DNA from: Chloropicon primus
Taxonomy: Eukaryota
Assembly: GCA_023205875.1 (NCBI GenBank)
Contig: CP060773.1
Coordinates: forward strand, 248,001-312,000
Direction of reading: 5' to 3'
DNA length: 64,000 bases
The position numbers and the translations under genes were made by a program. Under the pieces are notes generated by a model. It made no database searches, was not told where the DNA came from, and saw nothing but the letters and a program-made list of their open reading frames with translations. Each line of letters starts with the position of its first letter. Within the stretch, counting starts at the first letter, position 1. This document shows positions 44,677 to 57,100 of the stretch, one piece after another.

Positions 44677-47203
44677 TCACAGCCTTGGGACCCACTCGTC
44701 CATCCAGTGGAGCCTCCTCAGCACCCAGTCCTGAAGCCCTCGAACATTCTGGTCCCACGTGGGTCCCCAGTACTTTATGGGAATGTACTTGTGGTTGGTG
44801 CTGACCTGACTGATGGGCCACACCCCAAAGTTCCTGCCCTGGGAGTTGCTCAAGAGCGCTCTGTAGCTTCGGATCGAAGCCACGACGTCAGAATCCTTCC
44901 ACACCGTCCTTCGGAGGTCCTCGTACCTTTGCGAGAGCCTGCGCACGAAGGCGGGATCCTGGAGGAGCCTGTAATACCAGTGAACCATCTGAGAGTACGA
45001 TTTCTGGTTGGGACCAATGTAAGTGAAGTCCCAGGGCTCCACGTAGTACCCGTTCCAGTAGGTAGCCTGCCCGAAGGCCAAGTTGTAGTCCCAGGCAGGG
45101 CCCGCAACCAGCTTGGAGTCCTTGTCCTTGTGCAGGTACACGGAGGAAATGTAACCGTCAAGGTTTTTGCTCACTTCAGTGTGCAAAAAATAGTCGATCC
45201 AAGAATCGACGTCAATGTACTTGGAGTACCCCTCCGGGCCGGCAAAGCCTGGGCCCCACAAGGCTTGTTGGAAGTCCGACAAGTAGTTGGAAATGAAGCG
45301 ATGCTGGGGTCCAGTGGGGATCTTGGGATAAACGTAAGACACCCTGGCTGGACCTTCGTCCAGAACCTTTTGCTTCTGGGGCTCACCGGTGTTGAGCATG
45401 CTGTCGTGAGAATTGCTGGAAAGCACCAGGAGGTAGCCGCCAGAGACGTCGGTCCGGTTCAAAGGATCCATCTTGCTAACGGCCACCCTGTTTGAGCCCC
45501 TTTTGATCTTTTCCTTCAGAAGATAGATTCCCTTGTAATGGTCGCCGTAGTCCACGTGGCTCTTGCCGTCCCCCTCCATCACGAACAATTCGATGAACTG
45601 CATTGCGGGGGCCCACCTCCCCAGGCCGCGAAACATGTCGAACGCCAACGCGTCTCTCATGAGAGACCTGTCCACGTACGGGGCACCGAGAACCCAGTCC
45701 TCCTCGGGGGGGAGCCCCAAGGGGGCAAGCTCGATGCCTTTTGCCAAGCAAGGAGAGGCAATACACACAAACACGCCAAACAAATCAAGAGAGTCAGGGG
45801 AAATGGTTCGCTTGGCACGCGCGGCTTTCCTGCGCGCAAAAGGCCACGGATTGGGGCTACTCACCGTTATGGTTCTGGTCCCAGAACTCAAAGCTGTACT
45901 GCTTCTTCGGATACCTCTGGCTGGACCGGCCTCGAAGCTCAATGCCGGCCTTGCCACTGTAGGCCGCTTCATCCCTCAGGGAGCAAATCAGGTTGTCCCT
46001 GTTTTTGACCGCGCTGGACACGACGTGATCGTCTGAAGAATCCCCAAACTCCGAGCACCCGCTGAGCCAAAGGTGGCTCGGCATCTTAGGGTCGTTCGGA
46101 ATTCCCCTCGCGGTCTTCACGATCGCCAGGGGGAGGTTGCTCTTGAAAGAGAACTCGCGGGTGCCCGGGGCGTCGCTCAGGAAAGGATTCCCGCCCTCCT
46201 CATGCCAGTGGGGTCCAAGGGGGCCGCGCGTGAGCCGTCCCTCGTTCGCGCCGCCGGGGGTCCCTTCTCTGAGGTAACTCAGCATCTGGACACCACCGCT
46301 CGCTCTGCTGCTGACTTCGAGCTTGGCCCCATCCAGAGGCCTTCCCAGGGTGAATCCCAACTCGTCCTCGTGCGGCGTCTCCCACCCGACCTTGTCCAGT
46401 CCAGCAGCAGCAGTCGCCCCGCCCTCCGGAGCTCCCTTCACGCGAAGCCTCATCTGCCCAGCGCGGTGCAAGTTGTGGAGAAGCTTGCACCCCGACAGCT
46501 CGCGGTCTGCGTTGGTCCCTGCCTCCTTCACGTAGTGCCTGAGCGTTGGCGTGCACCGGCCGCACGTCTTGGAGCAGTAGCCTCCCTCGACCATCCAACT
46601 CTCCTGACACTTGTTCCACTCCTTCTGCTTGCTGCAACTGATTGCACTGCTGCCCTTTGGGCGAACGTCCCTGCAAGCTCCTTGGCTCGCCTCGGGCCCC
46701 CGCGCACTGTCGTCGTTGAGGCGGTAGACGCGGTTGCGAAGCGACAGGAAGAGCTCGGGCTTCTTCGTCTCCCCGGCGACCACCAAGTACTGCTTGGGTT
46801 TCAGAACCCCGAGACTCTCGCAGCCTTCTTCGCCCTCGCCGATCAAGACCCTCCAGACCGCCCCGGCATCCGAGTCGTCCCTCAGCTCCACCACGAGGCC
46901 GCTCAAGTCAACTGCGCCGTCCCCGCGGTTCACCAGCTCGACCCAGTCCGGTCCGCCCGCTCGGTCGCTGTGCTGCACCTCGTTGATTTCCACGCCCCCG
47001 AACTGTCGCGGGTCCTCCGGGCTTGGAGGGGCAGACGACGTTGACTCTGGTTTCGTAACGTTCGTCAAGAAGGCGAGCAAATTCACGGATATGGCGTCCA
47101 CCGCGGCGTCCTCCGCACTCACCAGAGCTCCAAGCAGGAGCAGAAGGACCAAGAAGCACAGGCCGGGGACCGCCACGACGCGAAGACCTCGCGGTGTCGC
47201 CAT
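44677..47203 (-). CDS. Secreted CotH-family kinase with lamin-tail-like and small Cys-rich modules; exons 47203-45865, 45737-44677
   Basis: Signal peptide, INEV..DWVELVN, CSKQKEWNKC..W...GYCSKTCGRC, GIELRGRSSQRYPKKQY, DRSLMRD, YKGIYLLKEKI, NLDGY and GPAWDYNLAFG. Confidence 0.88.
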
Positions 47204-48144
47204 GCTGACACTCACGTCCAGGCAAGTCAACCGCCAAGAAGTAAAGCAAGCACGCAAACGACGACCGAGAAAGCAAGCGAACGTGATCAAGCGTCCGAAA
47301 AGCGGGAAGAAACCTCGAAGATGAGGAAACCGAACGATCAAAGACTCATTAAGTCCACATTGTCGACCCCGTCCGTCCTTAATGTCGCCCGCAAAGTCGC
47401 GATCTGCTTCGCCCTTCGCCTTCGCTCGTCTCGCATTTCGAGCGTTTCGCTCCTCCTCCTCTTCGTTCGCAAAAATAAAAATGTATCGCTAAATTTGCGT
47501 TTACTTGGAGCAGCGTCTCGTCATCCCATGGACAGGATTTTTGGAACTCCAGGGGGTGGCCCAAGATGGTGACAGAAGGCTTGGTGAGGTCGCCCCCCAG
47601 GGAGGAAGCGAGGTTGATGTCATCACAATAGTCATCTGCATCGACTTGTTTGTTCATCAAGACCTTTCCAGAGATACCTTCGACTCCAGGAACGCTTGAG
47701 ATTCAAGGTCATCGGGTCTCCGACGAGCAGATTGACTCTTCTATTCGAGCTCACAGAAGGCTTGGTGAGGGAGGAGGGGGTAGGTTGGCTGTCATCGCAG
47801 GGGTCTTTCGCATCCGGAAGCGTTCTGCGGACCTTGTTCCGAGTATACGTCCCGCTCACCGTCGAAAGCGACGCGAGGGTTGGGAGGAAGGGACGACCAA
47901 CTGGGTACTTGCTCCTGGTGGTGGAGGTGACAGCAACCGAGGAGCCTGCAAGCTGTGCCGACGGGAACCGCAGCCTCCTAGCACGTCGAGGGCGATTTCA
48001 GTGTGAGTCTCCCTTCCCTTCGATTGGCGCAGAGCCCACAGAATTCCTCGCCTTTCTGCTCAGAGCAGCTCCCTTGCTTGGACCAAGGTCACTGGGCTTG
48101 TGGGGCAGAAAGCCCGGCCACCCATTGTTTAGGCTTGGGTTGCT

Positions 48145-51100
48145 ATGGCGTCGCCCTCCGTCTCGAGGCAAGGGAGGACCACATTCACATCAAGAAAAGT
48201 TGTCGTGAACCCTTTGTGCGCTACCTTTGGCGTCGGCGCAGTGAATGAAGAGCGCGTCGGAGGGGGCTGCGAAGGTGAAGGGCAGCACCGTCTGCTGGTC
48301 GTGGAAGCGAGCGGAAGGGAGAGGGAAAGGAAAGCAGGGAGAAGGAAGGGCGGCCATTCCACCCGTTCGAGAAAGCAAACGACGAACCCGCTTGCACCCC
48401 CGGGATCGGAGAGGGAGAGGGGTGAGGGGCAGACGAAGGGAAGAAATGCAAGACTGCGAATGGTGCTCTCCATTGCTGCAGTGTTTTGTCTTTTCACAAC
48501 GAGCCTGGATGTCTTGGCTAAGGTTGGGGAGCTTTTTCTGCCCAGGCCGACGAATCAGCGTGGCGTCAATCATCTGGAACAAATCGTCTCGTTGGTGAGA
48601 ATGGAAAGCGCTGCGTATTCTGACTGCGTGGATCGACAGTTCTACGGCCCCGGCGGGTGTATCAGGAATCTGAATCGAACGGTAGCTGAAGATATCAAGC
48701 AATTCGAAAACGACATTGCTGGTTCGAGAGACGCCCTCTTCGAAGTGCAGAGGGTGCTGGATGACGAGGAGAGTGCCGTGGAAGACTTCAAGGCCCTCGT
48801 GATTTCCGTAGGATCGGAAGATTCAAAGGCAAAGGAGCGATTAGCCAACTGCTTCGACTACCCTGGCTTGAAGGGCAAAGAGGAGCAAGAAGTCGGTGGG
48901 GGCAAGGCTGGGATCCGAAGCGATGGCAAAGAAGAAGAAGTATTGCCTCCTTTTGCTGCAAAGGCTCTGCACGATTTGGAGGATGCCATGGCGGAAATAA
49001 GCAGAGAAATTTCTTTGAGAAACCAGTACGACCTCGCTTACATGAGAAACAAATCACAACACCTGCATACCATGGACCCTGGCGTGAGCTTGGGCAGCGG
49101 CGTATCCTTGCAAAGAGAATTTGAGGCCCTTGGTCTTGAGGTAGCGGAGATGATTACTTTCGATGCCTTGGAAATGGAAGAACATCTGGAGGATATCTGG
49201 ATGTTCATCCAGAACGCATCATTGCAGTACGACCAACTTCACGGGGAACTGAGTTACTACAAAGGGTTTAGTGAGAGTTTCTTCGTGAGGGTGGGGGACC
49301 TACTCGAAGATGTTAGCGGCTTCATCGGCACGATTAAGAAAGTCGTCAAGCCATTTAAAGGGATGATGCCGCAACTTGAATTTCCAGACGTGTCAATGGA
49401 TGTACCCACTGCGCACCCAATTCAAAGTCCTGCAAGCCTTTCACAATTGATCGACCTGCCAATGGCTGTAAATACATCTTTGCCCAAGAGAGTCTTGGCG
49501 TCAATAAGCGCCACGAAAATGAGCGCCTTGGGTATACTGCACGAGGCTCTCCATCTAATCAATGCCACTGTCGAAGTAAGTCTCGCTGCACTTGTGGAAG
49601 ACTATGACCCACCTGACATATCACTGGAAGCCCATAAGGACAAGCTTTTTGATGCAATGAAGGCGGCCTTCAGGGGCGCAGCTGACCTGAAGATAGAAAG
49701 TGAGGGTCTGACAAGCTTTACAGAGGGGCATTTTGATGAGATTGTAAACTCTCTGTCCTCTGATCATGTAGAGGACTTCTTCTCCTTCGACGCAAATTTT
49801 TCAGATGTTGAAAAAGGAGTGCATTTTCTTGTCAAGGTGTTGGTCACCATCGATCTCATCTACAGGGGTTTTGCAGCGCTCTGCATGCTTTGCAAATATT
49901 GGAGCAACTCGAGTATGGAACAGCCCCGGCTTGTGCTCAAGGTACGTTTTTTTAAGCAAAAATAGTTTTGCTGCTTGGAGAACTAACATTTCGTTGTGCA
50001 CGTTTGGGCCCAAGAAGAATACACATTCAAGCCGTTTACAAAAAGTATCTGATATTTTGATACGGCTTTCGACGCACGCCACCTTTTTTGCCTTTTGCCT
50101 TGCTTTTCTTGCAGTCGGATTCTGTTTGATCTACCTTCCTATGCTGAAGACTTATCACAATGGCTGTGTTTTGTCTTGCCGAGGGACATTGCTTTCTAGA
50201 AACATATTTTCGATGTCGATGAACCTAGCTGTAAGTGACGGTAAACGAGAGTCTCTTTCGGCGAGCAATGATTACAGAAGAAAGGTACGTCATGATAAAC
50301 TCTAAACCGACGGGCACAACCACAGAAAGTTGCGATAAACTAATCGAAAAATTGCTTTGCAGTTTGAGGAAGTCTGTCTTGCTCAAGTGACAGAGTTTAC
50401 AAAAGAACTGGAAAATTTAGCAATATACCACGAGACTTTGGAAAGCTTAGTTGATGAGGAAAAAACATTGAGTGGGACGCTGGAAGGGTGTCTCCGAGAC
50501 GCGATAGACTCTTTGGGCAACGATCATTTGAGGGGAAGGATATCCGCAAGTTACAATCAGTTCATTGAAAACCGTTTTGAAATGCAGGAGCTTGCTGATG
50601 ACATTTTGAGCGAATCAAAGCCTGTCAGAAAGCCCAGCCTCAACTGCTTAGATCTTAACAGCTGCAACATGACATGTGAAGGACCAAATCTAGAGGCAAT
50701 GCATTATAGAAGTCATCGGGCTTCTTGTGGAATGGAGTCCACTTTGCACGATATTATTGGAAAGGGTGTTGTAGTGATTTGTCTGTATTTCATCCTCAAT
50801 GCTGCACGATTGGTTTTCTTCAGTGGTCTAAGGAGTATATTTTGCGCTAAGCTTTCTGATGGCAATTACGAGGTAAGAGAGGTTTCCAGGAGTACAATAC
50901 TTTCATGTTTCTAACCAAGGACTTTTATGTGTTCATCAGTGCGTCCTCAATCTCAGCTCGAAAGCATTGCAAGGGGCTGAGCTTGGAATTTGGGGACGAA
51001 AAGATGAAGCTCTTGACAAATTGCGGAAAACGGGACACATAAAGTTGCGGGTAGCAATGGCAATTCACTTAGTTTGGATCGGTACTATCACTGCATCTTT

Positions 51101-51155
51101 CTTTCTAACAAGCTCGAACACAATCGACAATCATCAATTAAACAGTTCATTGTAA
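48145..51155 (+). CDS. Uncharacterised multi-pass membrane protein; about four exons (donors 49942, 50285, 50873); start uncertain (48145 or 48460)
   Basis: Four consecutive + strand ORFs are separated by GT..AG introns. TM helices flank large helical, Cys- and N-glycosylation-site-containing loops. Confidence 0.65.
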
Positions 51156-51170
51156 AAGTATCCAAGGATA

Positions 51171-54100
51171 TTAAAGTATAAGCTCAGTAAGCAAACTTCT
51201 TCTTCTAGAACAAGATGGGGCAGAGAGGGCAGCAATCTCTCCTGTTGTAGAGATCGTGATGCAAACATAGGAAGTGCCACTTGTGCATGTACACTCAAGT
51301 AGCATATTGCTTGCAACAGTGCTTGCGCACGAAGCACCAGATGTCCCTTGTATGCTTATAGATGCAGGCGCAGAGGTCTGTATCTTGTATCCACTTGAAC
51401 CAAAAAGCTTAATAGTATGCCCAATGCTACAAGATGATGAAGAGCTCTCACTAGAGGGCAACGTCACTAAATGGTTTGAATCCGATGACGTCACAGAAGC
51501 AAAAGTAACGCCATAACCAATACTCCCAGAACCAGAGCCTGTAAAAGTTGATGTAACTGATGCAGAGCTAACGGAAATGCCTCCACCAAAAGAAGCTACT
51601 CCAGAAACACTCAATCCACCATTCAACGACGCCAGCCCAATTAAACCCAAGGTACCAGCGATGGCAGTATTACCAGAGTCATCAGCCACGGTAAACTTGT
51701 CCGAGTCCATCGTCAAACCACCATTCAACACAGTGGCACCAGTAACAGTAGTGTCACCAGTAACACCCAAGGTACCAGCGATGGCAGTATTACCAGTGTT
51801 ATCAGCCACGGTAAACTTGTCCGAGTCCATCGTCAAACCACCATTCAACACAGTGGCACCAGTCGTTGTCAACGTACCAGCGATGGCAGTATTACCAGAG
51901 TCATCAGCCACGGTAAACTTGTCCGAGTCCATCGTCAAACCACCATTCAACACAGTGGCACCAGTAACAGTAGTGTCACCAGTAACACCCAAGGTACCAG
52001 CGATGGCAGTATTACCAGAGTCATCAGCCACGGTAAACTTGTCCGAGTCCATTGTCAAACCACCATTCAACACAGTGGCGCCAGTAACAGTAGTGTCACC
52101 AGTAACACCCAAGGTACCAGCGATGGCAGTATTACCAGTGTTATCAGCCACGGTAAACTTGTCCGAGTCCATCGTCAAACCACCATTCAACACAGTGGCG
52201 CCAGTAACAGTAGTGTCACCAGTAACACCCAAGGTACCAGCGATGGCAGTATTACCAGAGTCATCAGCCACGGTAAACTTGTCCGAGTCCATCGTCAAAC
52301 CACCATTCAACACAGTGGCGCCAGTAACAGTAGTGTCACCAGTAACACCCAAGGTACCAGCGATGGCAGTATTACCAGTGTTATCAGCCACGGTAAACTT
52401 GTCCGAGTCCATCGTCAAACCACCATTCAACACAGTGGCACCAGTAACAGTAGTGTCACCAGTAACACCCAAGGTACCAGCGATGGCAGTATTACCAGTG
52501 TTATCAGCCACGGTAAACTTGTCCGAGTCCATCGTCAAACCACCATTCAACACAGTGGCACCAGTAACAGTGATAGCACCAGTAACACCCAAGGTACCAG
52601 CGATGGCAGTATTACCAGAGCCATCAGCCACGGTAAACTTGTCCGAGTCCATCGTCAAACCACCATTCAACACAGTGGCGCCAGTAACAGTGGTGTCACC
52701 AGTAACACCCAAGGTACCAGCGATGGCAGTATTACCAGAGCCATCAGCCACGGTAAACTTGTCCGAGTCCATCGTCAAACCACCATTCAACACAGTGGCA
52801 CCAGTAACAGTAGTGTCACCAGTAACACCCAAGGTACCAGCGATGGCAGTATTACCAGTGTTATCAGCCACGGTAAACTTGTCCGAGTCCATCGTCAAAC
52901 CACCATTCAACACAGTGGCGCCAGTAACAGTAGTGTCACCAGTAACACCCAAGGTACCAGCGATGGCAGTATTACCAGTGTTATCAGCCACGGTAAACTT
53001 GTCCGAGTCCATCGTCAAACCACCATTCAACACAGTGGCACCAGTCGTTGTCAACGTACCAGCGATGGCAGTATTACCAGTGTTATCAGCCACGGTAAAC
53101 TTGTCCGAGTCCATCGTCAAACCACCATTCAACACAGTGGCACCAGTAACAGTAGTGTCACCAGTAACACCCAAGGTACCAGCGATGGCAGTATTACCAG
53201 AGCCATCAGCCACGGTAAACTTGTCCGAGTCCATCGTCAAACCACCATTCAACACAGTGGCACCAGTCATTGTCAACGTACCAGCGATGGCAGTATTACC
53301 AGTCTTATCAGCCACGGTAAACTTGTCCGAGTCCATCGTCAAACCACCATTCAACACAGTGGCACCAGTCGTTGTCAACGTACCAGCGATTGCAGTATTA
53401 CCAGAGCCATCAGCCACGGTAAACTTGTCCGAGTCCATTGTCAAACCACCATTCAACACAGTGGCGCCAGTAACAGTAGTGTCACCAGTAACACCCAAGG
53501 TACCAGCGATGGCAGTATTACCAGTGTTATCAGCCACGGTAAACTTGTCCGAGTCCATCGTCAAACCACCATTCAACACAGTGGCACCAGTAACAGTAGT
53601 GTCACCAGTAACACCCAAGGTACCAGCGATGGCAGTATTACCAGTGTTATCAGCCACGGTAAACTTGTCCGAGTCCATCGTCAAACCACCATTCAACACA
53701 GTGGCACCAGTAACAGTGATAGCACCAGTAACACCCAAGGTACCAGCGATGGCAGTATTACCAGAGCCATCAGCCACGGTAAACTTGTCCGAGTCCATTG
53801 TCAAACCACCATTCAACACAGTGGCGCCAGTAACAGTGGTGTCACCAGTAACACCCAAGGTACCAGCGATGGCAGTATTACCAGAGCCATCAGCCACGGT
53901 AAACTTGTCCGAGTCCATCGTCAAACCACCATTCAACACAGTGGCACCAGTAACAGTAGTGTCACCAGTAACACCCAAGGTACCAGCGATGGCAGTATTG
54001 CCAGTGTTATCAGCCACGGTAAACTTGTCCGAGTCCATCGTCAAACCACCATTCAACACAGTGGCACCAGTCGTTGTCAACGTACCAGCGATGGCAGTAT

Positions 54101-57100
54101 TACCAGAGCCATCAGCCACGGTAAACTTGTCCGAGTCCATCGTCAAACCACCATTCAACACAGTGGCGCCAGTAACAGTAGTGTCACCAGTAACACCCAA
54201 GGTACCAGCGATGGCAGTATTACCAGAGCCATCAGCCACGGTAAACTTGTCCGAGTCCATCGTCAAACCACCATTCAACACAGTGGCGCCCGTAACAGTA
54301 GTGTCACCAGTAACACCCAAGGTACCAGCGATGGCAGTATTACCAGAGTCATCAGCCACGGTAAACTTGTCCGAGTCCATCGTCAAACCACCATTCAACA
54401 CAGTGGCGCCAGTAACAGTAGTGTCACCAGTAACACCCAAGGTACCAGCGATGGCAGTATTACCAGTGTTATCAGCCACGGTAAACTTGTCCGAGTCCAT
54501 CGTCAAACCACCATTCAACACAGTGGCACCAGTAACAGTAGTGTCACCAGTAACACCCAAGGTACCAGCGATGGCAGTATTACCAGTGTTATCAGCCACG
54601 GTAAACTTGTCCGAGTCCATCGTCAAACCACCATTCAACACAGTGGCACCAGTAACAGTGATAGCACCAGTAACACCCAAGGTACCAGCGATGGCAGTAT
54701 TACCAGAGCCATCAGCCACGGTAAACTTGTCCGAGTCCATTGTCAAACCACCATTCAACACAGTGGCGCCAGTAACAGTGGTGTCACCAGTAACACCCAA
54801 GGTACCAGCGATGGCAGTATTACCAGAGCCATCAGCCACGGTAAACTTGTCCGAGTCCATCGTCAAACCACCATTCAACACAGTGGCACCAGTAACAGTA
54901 GTGTCACCAGTAACACCCAAGGTACCAGCGATGGCAGTATTGCCAGTGTTATCAGCCACGGTAAACTTGTCCGAGTCCATCGTCAAACCACCATTCAACA
55001 CAGTGGCACCAGTCGTTGTCAACGTACCAGCGATGGCAGTATTACCAGAGCCATCAGCCACGGTAAACTTGTCCGAGTCCATCGTCAAACCACCATTCAA
55101 CACAGTGGCGCCAGTAACAGTAGTGTCACCAGTAACACCCAAGGTACCAGCGATGGCAGTATTACCAGAGCCATCAGCCACGGTAAACTTGTCCGAGTCC
55201 ATCGTCAAACCACCATTCAACACAGTGGCGCCAGTAACAGTAGTGTCACCAGTAACACCCAAGGTACCAGCGATGGCAGTATTACCAGAGTCATCAGCCA
55301 CGGTAAACTTGTCCGAGTCCATTGTCAAACCACCATTCAACACAGTGGCGCCAGTAACAGTAGTGTCACCAGTAACACCCAAGGTACCAGCGATGGCAGT
55401 ATTACCAGTGTTATCAGCCACGGTAAACTTGTCCGAGTCCATCGTCAAACCACCATTCAACACAGTGGCACCAGTCGTTGTCAACGTACCAGCGATGGCA
55501 GTATTACCAGAGCCATCAGCCACGGTAAACTTGTCCGAGTCCATCGTCAAACCACCATTCAACACAGTGGCACCAGTAACAGTAGTGTCACCAGTAACAC
55601 CCAAGGTACCAGCGATTGCAGTATTACCAGAGTCATCAGCCACGGTAAACTTGTCCGAGTCCATCGTCAAACCACCATTCAACACAGTGGCACCAGTCAT
55701 TGTCAACGTACCAGCGATGGCAGTATTACCAGTGTTATCAGCCACGGTAAACTTGTCCGAGTCCATCGTCAAACCACCATTCAACACAGTGGCACCAGTC
55801 GTTGTCAACGTACCAGCGATGGCAGTATTACCAGAGCCATCAGCCACGGTAAACTTGTCCGAGTCCATCGTCAAACCACCATTCAACACAGTGGCACCAG
55901 TAACAGTAGTGTCACCAGTAACACCCAAGGTACCAGCGATGGCAGTATTACCAGTGTTATCAGCCACGGTAAACTTGTCCGAGTCCATTGTCAAACCACC
56001 ATTCAACACAGTGGCACCAGTCGTTGTCAACGTACCAGCGATGGCAGTATTACCAGAGCCATCAGCCACGGTAAACTTGTCCGAGTCCATCGTCAAACCA
56101 CCATTCAACACAGTGGCACCAGTAACAGTAGTGTCACCAGTAACACCCAAGGTACCAGCGATGGCAGTATTACCAGAGCCATCAGCCACGGTAAACTTGT
56201 CCGAGTCCATCGTCAAACCACCATTCAACACAGTGGCACCAGTCATTGTCAACGTACCAGCGATGGCAGTATTACCAGAGCCATCAGCCACGGTAAACTT
56301 GTCCGAGTCCATCGTCAAACCACCATTCAACACAGTGGCGCCAGTAACAGTAGTGTCACCAGTAACACCCAAGGTACCAGCGATGGCAGTATTACCAGTG
56401 TTATCAGCCACGGTAAACTTGTCCGAGTCCATCGTCAAACCACCATTCAACACAGTGGCACCAGTCGTTGTCAACGTACCAGCGATGGCAGTATTACCAG
56501 AGCCATCAGCCACGGTAAACTTGTCCGAGTCCATCGTCAAACCACCATTCAACACAGTGGCGCCAGTAACAGTAGTGTCACCAGTAACACCCAAGGTACC
56601 AGCGATGGCAGTATTACCAGAGTCATCAGCCACGGTAAACTTGTCCGAGTCCATTGTCAAACCACCATTCAACACAGTGGCGCCAGTAACAGTAGTGTCA
56701 CCAGTAACACCCAAGGTACCAGCGATGGCAGTATTACCAGTGTTATCAGCCACGGTAAACTTGTCCGAGTCCATCGTCAAACCACCATTCAACACAGTGG
56801 CACCAGTAACAGTAGTGTCACCAGTAACACCCAAGGTACCAGCGATGGCAGTATTACCAGAGTCATCAGCCACGGTAAACTTGTCCGAGTCCATTGTCAA
56901 ACCACCATTCAACACAGTGGCGCCAGTAACAGTAGTGTCACCAGTAACACCCAAGGTACCAGCGATGGCAGTATTACCAGTGTTATCAGCCACGGTAAAC
57001 TTGTCCGAGTCCATCGTCAAACCACCATTCAACACAGTGGCACCAGTCGTTGTCAACGTACCAGCGATGGCAGTATTACCAGAGCCATCAGCCACGGTAA

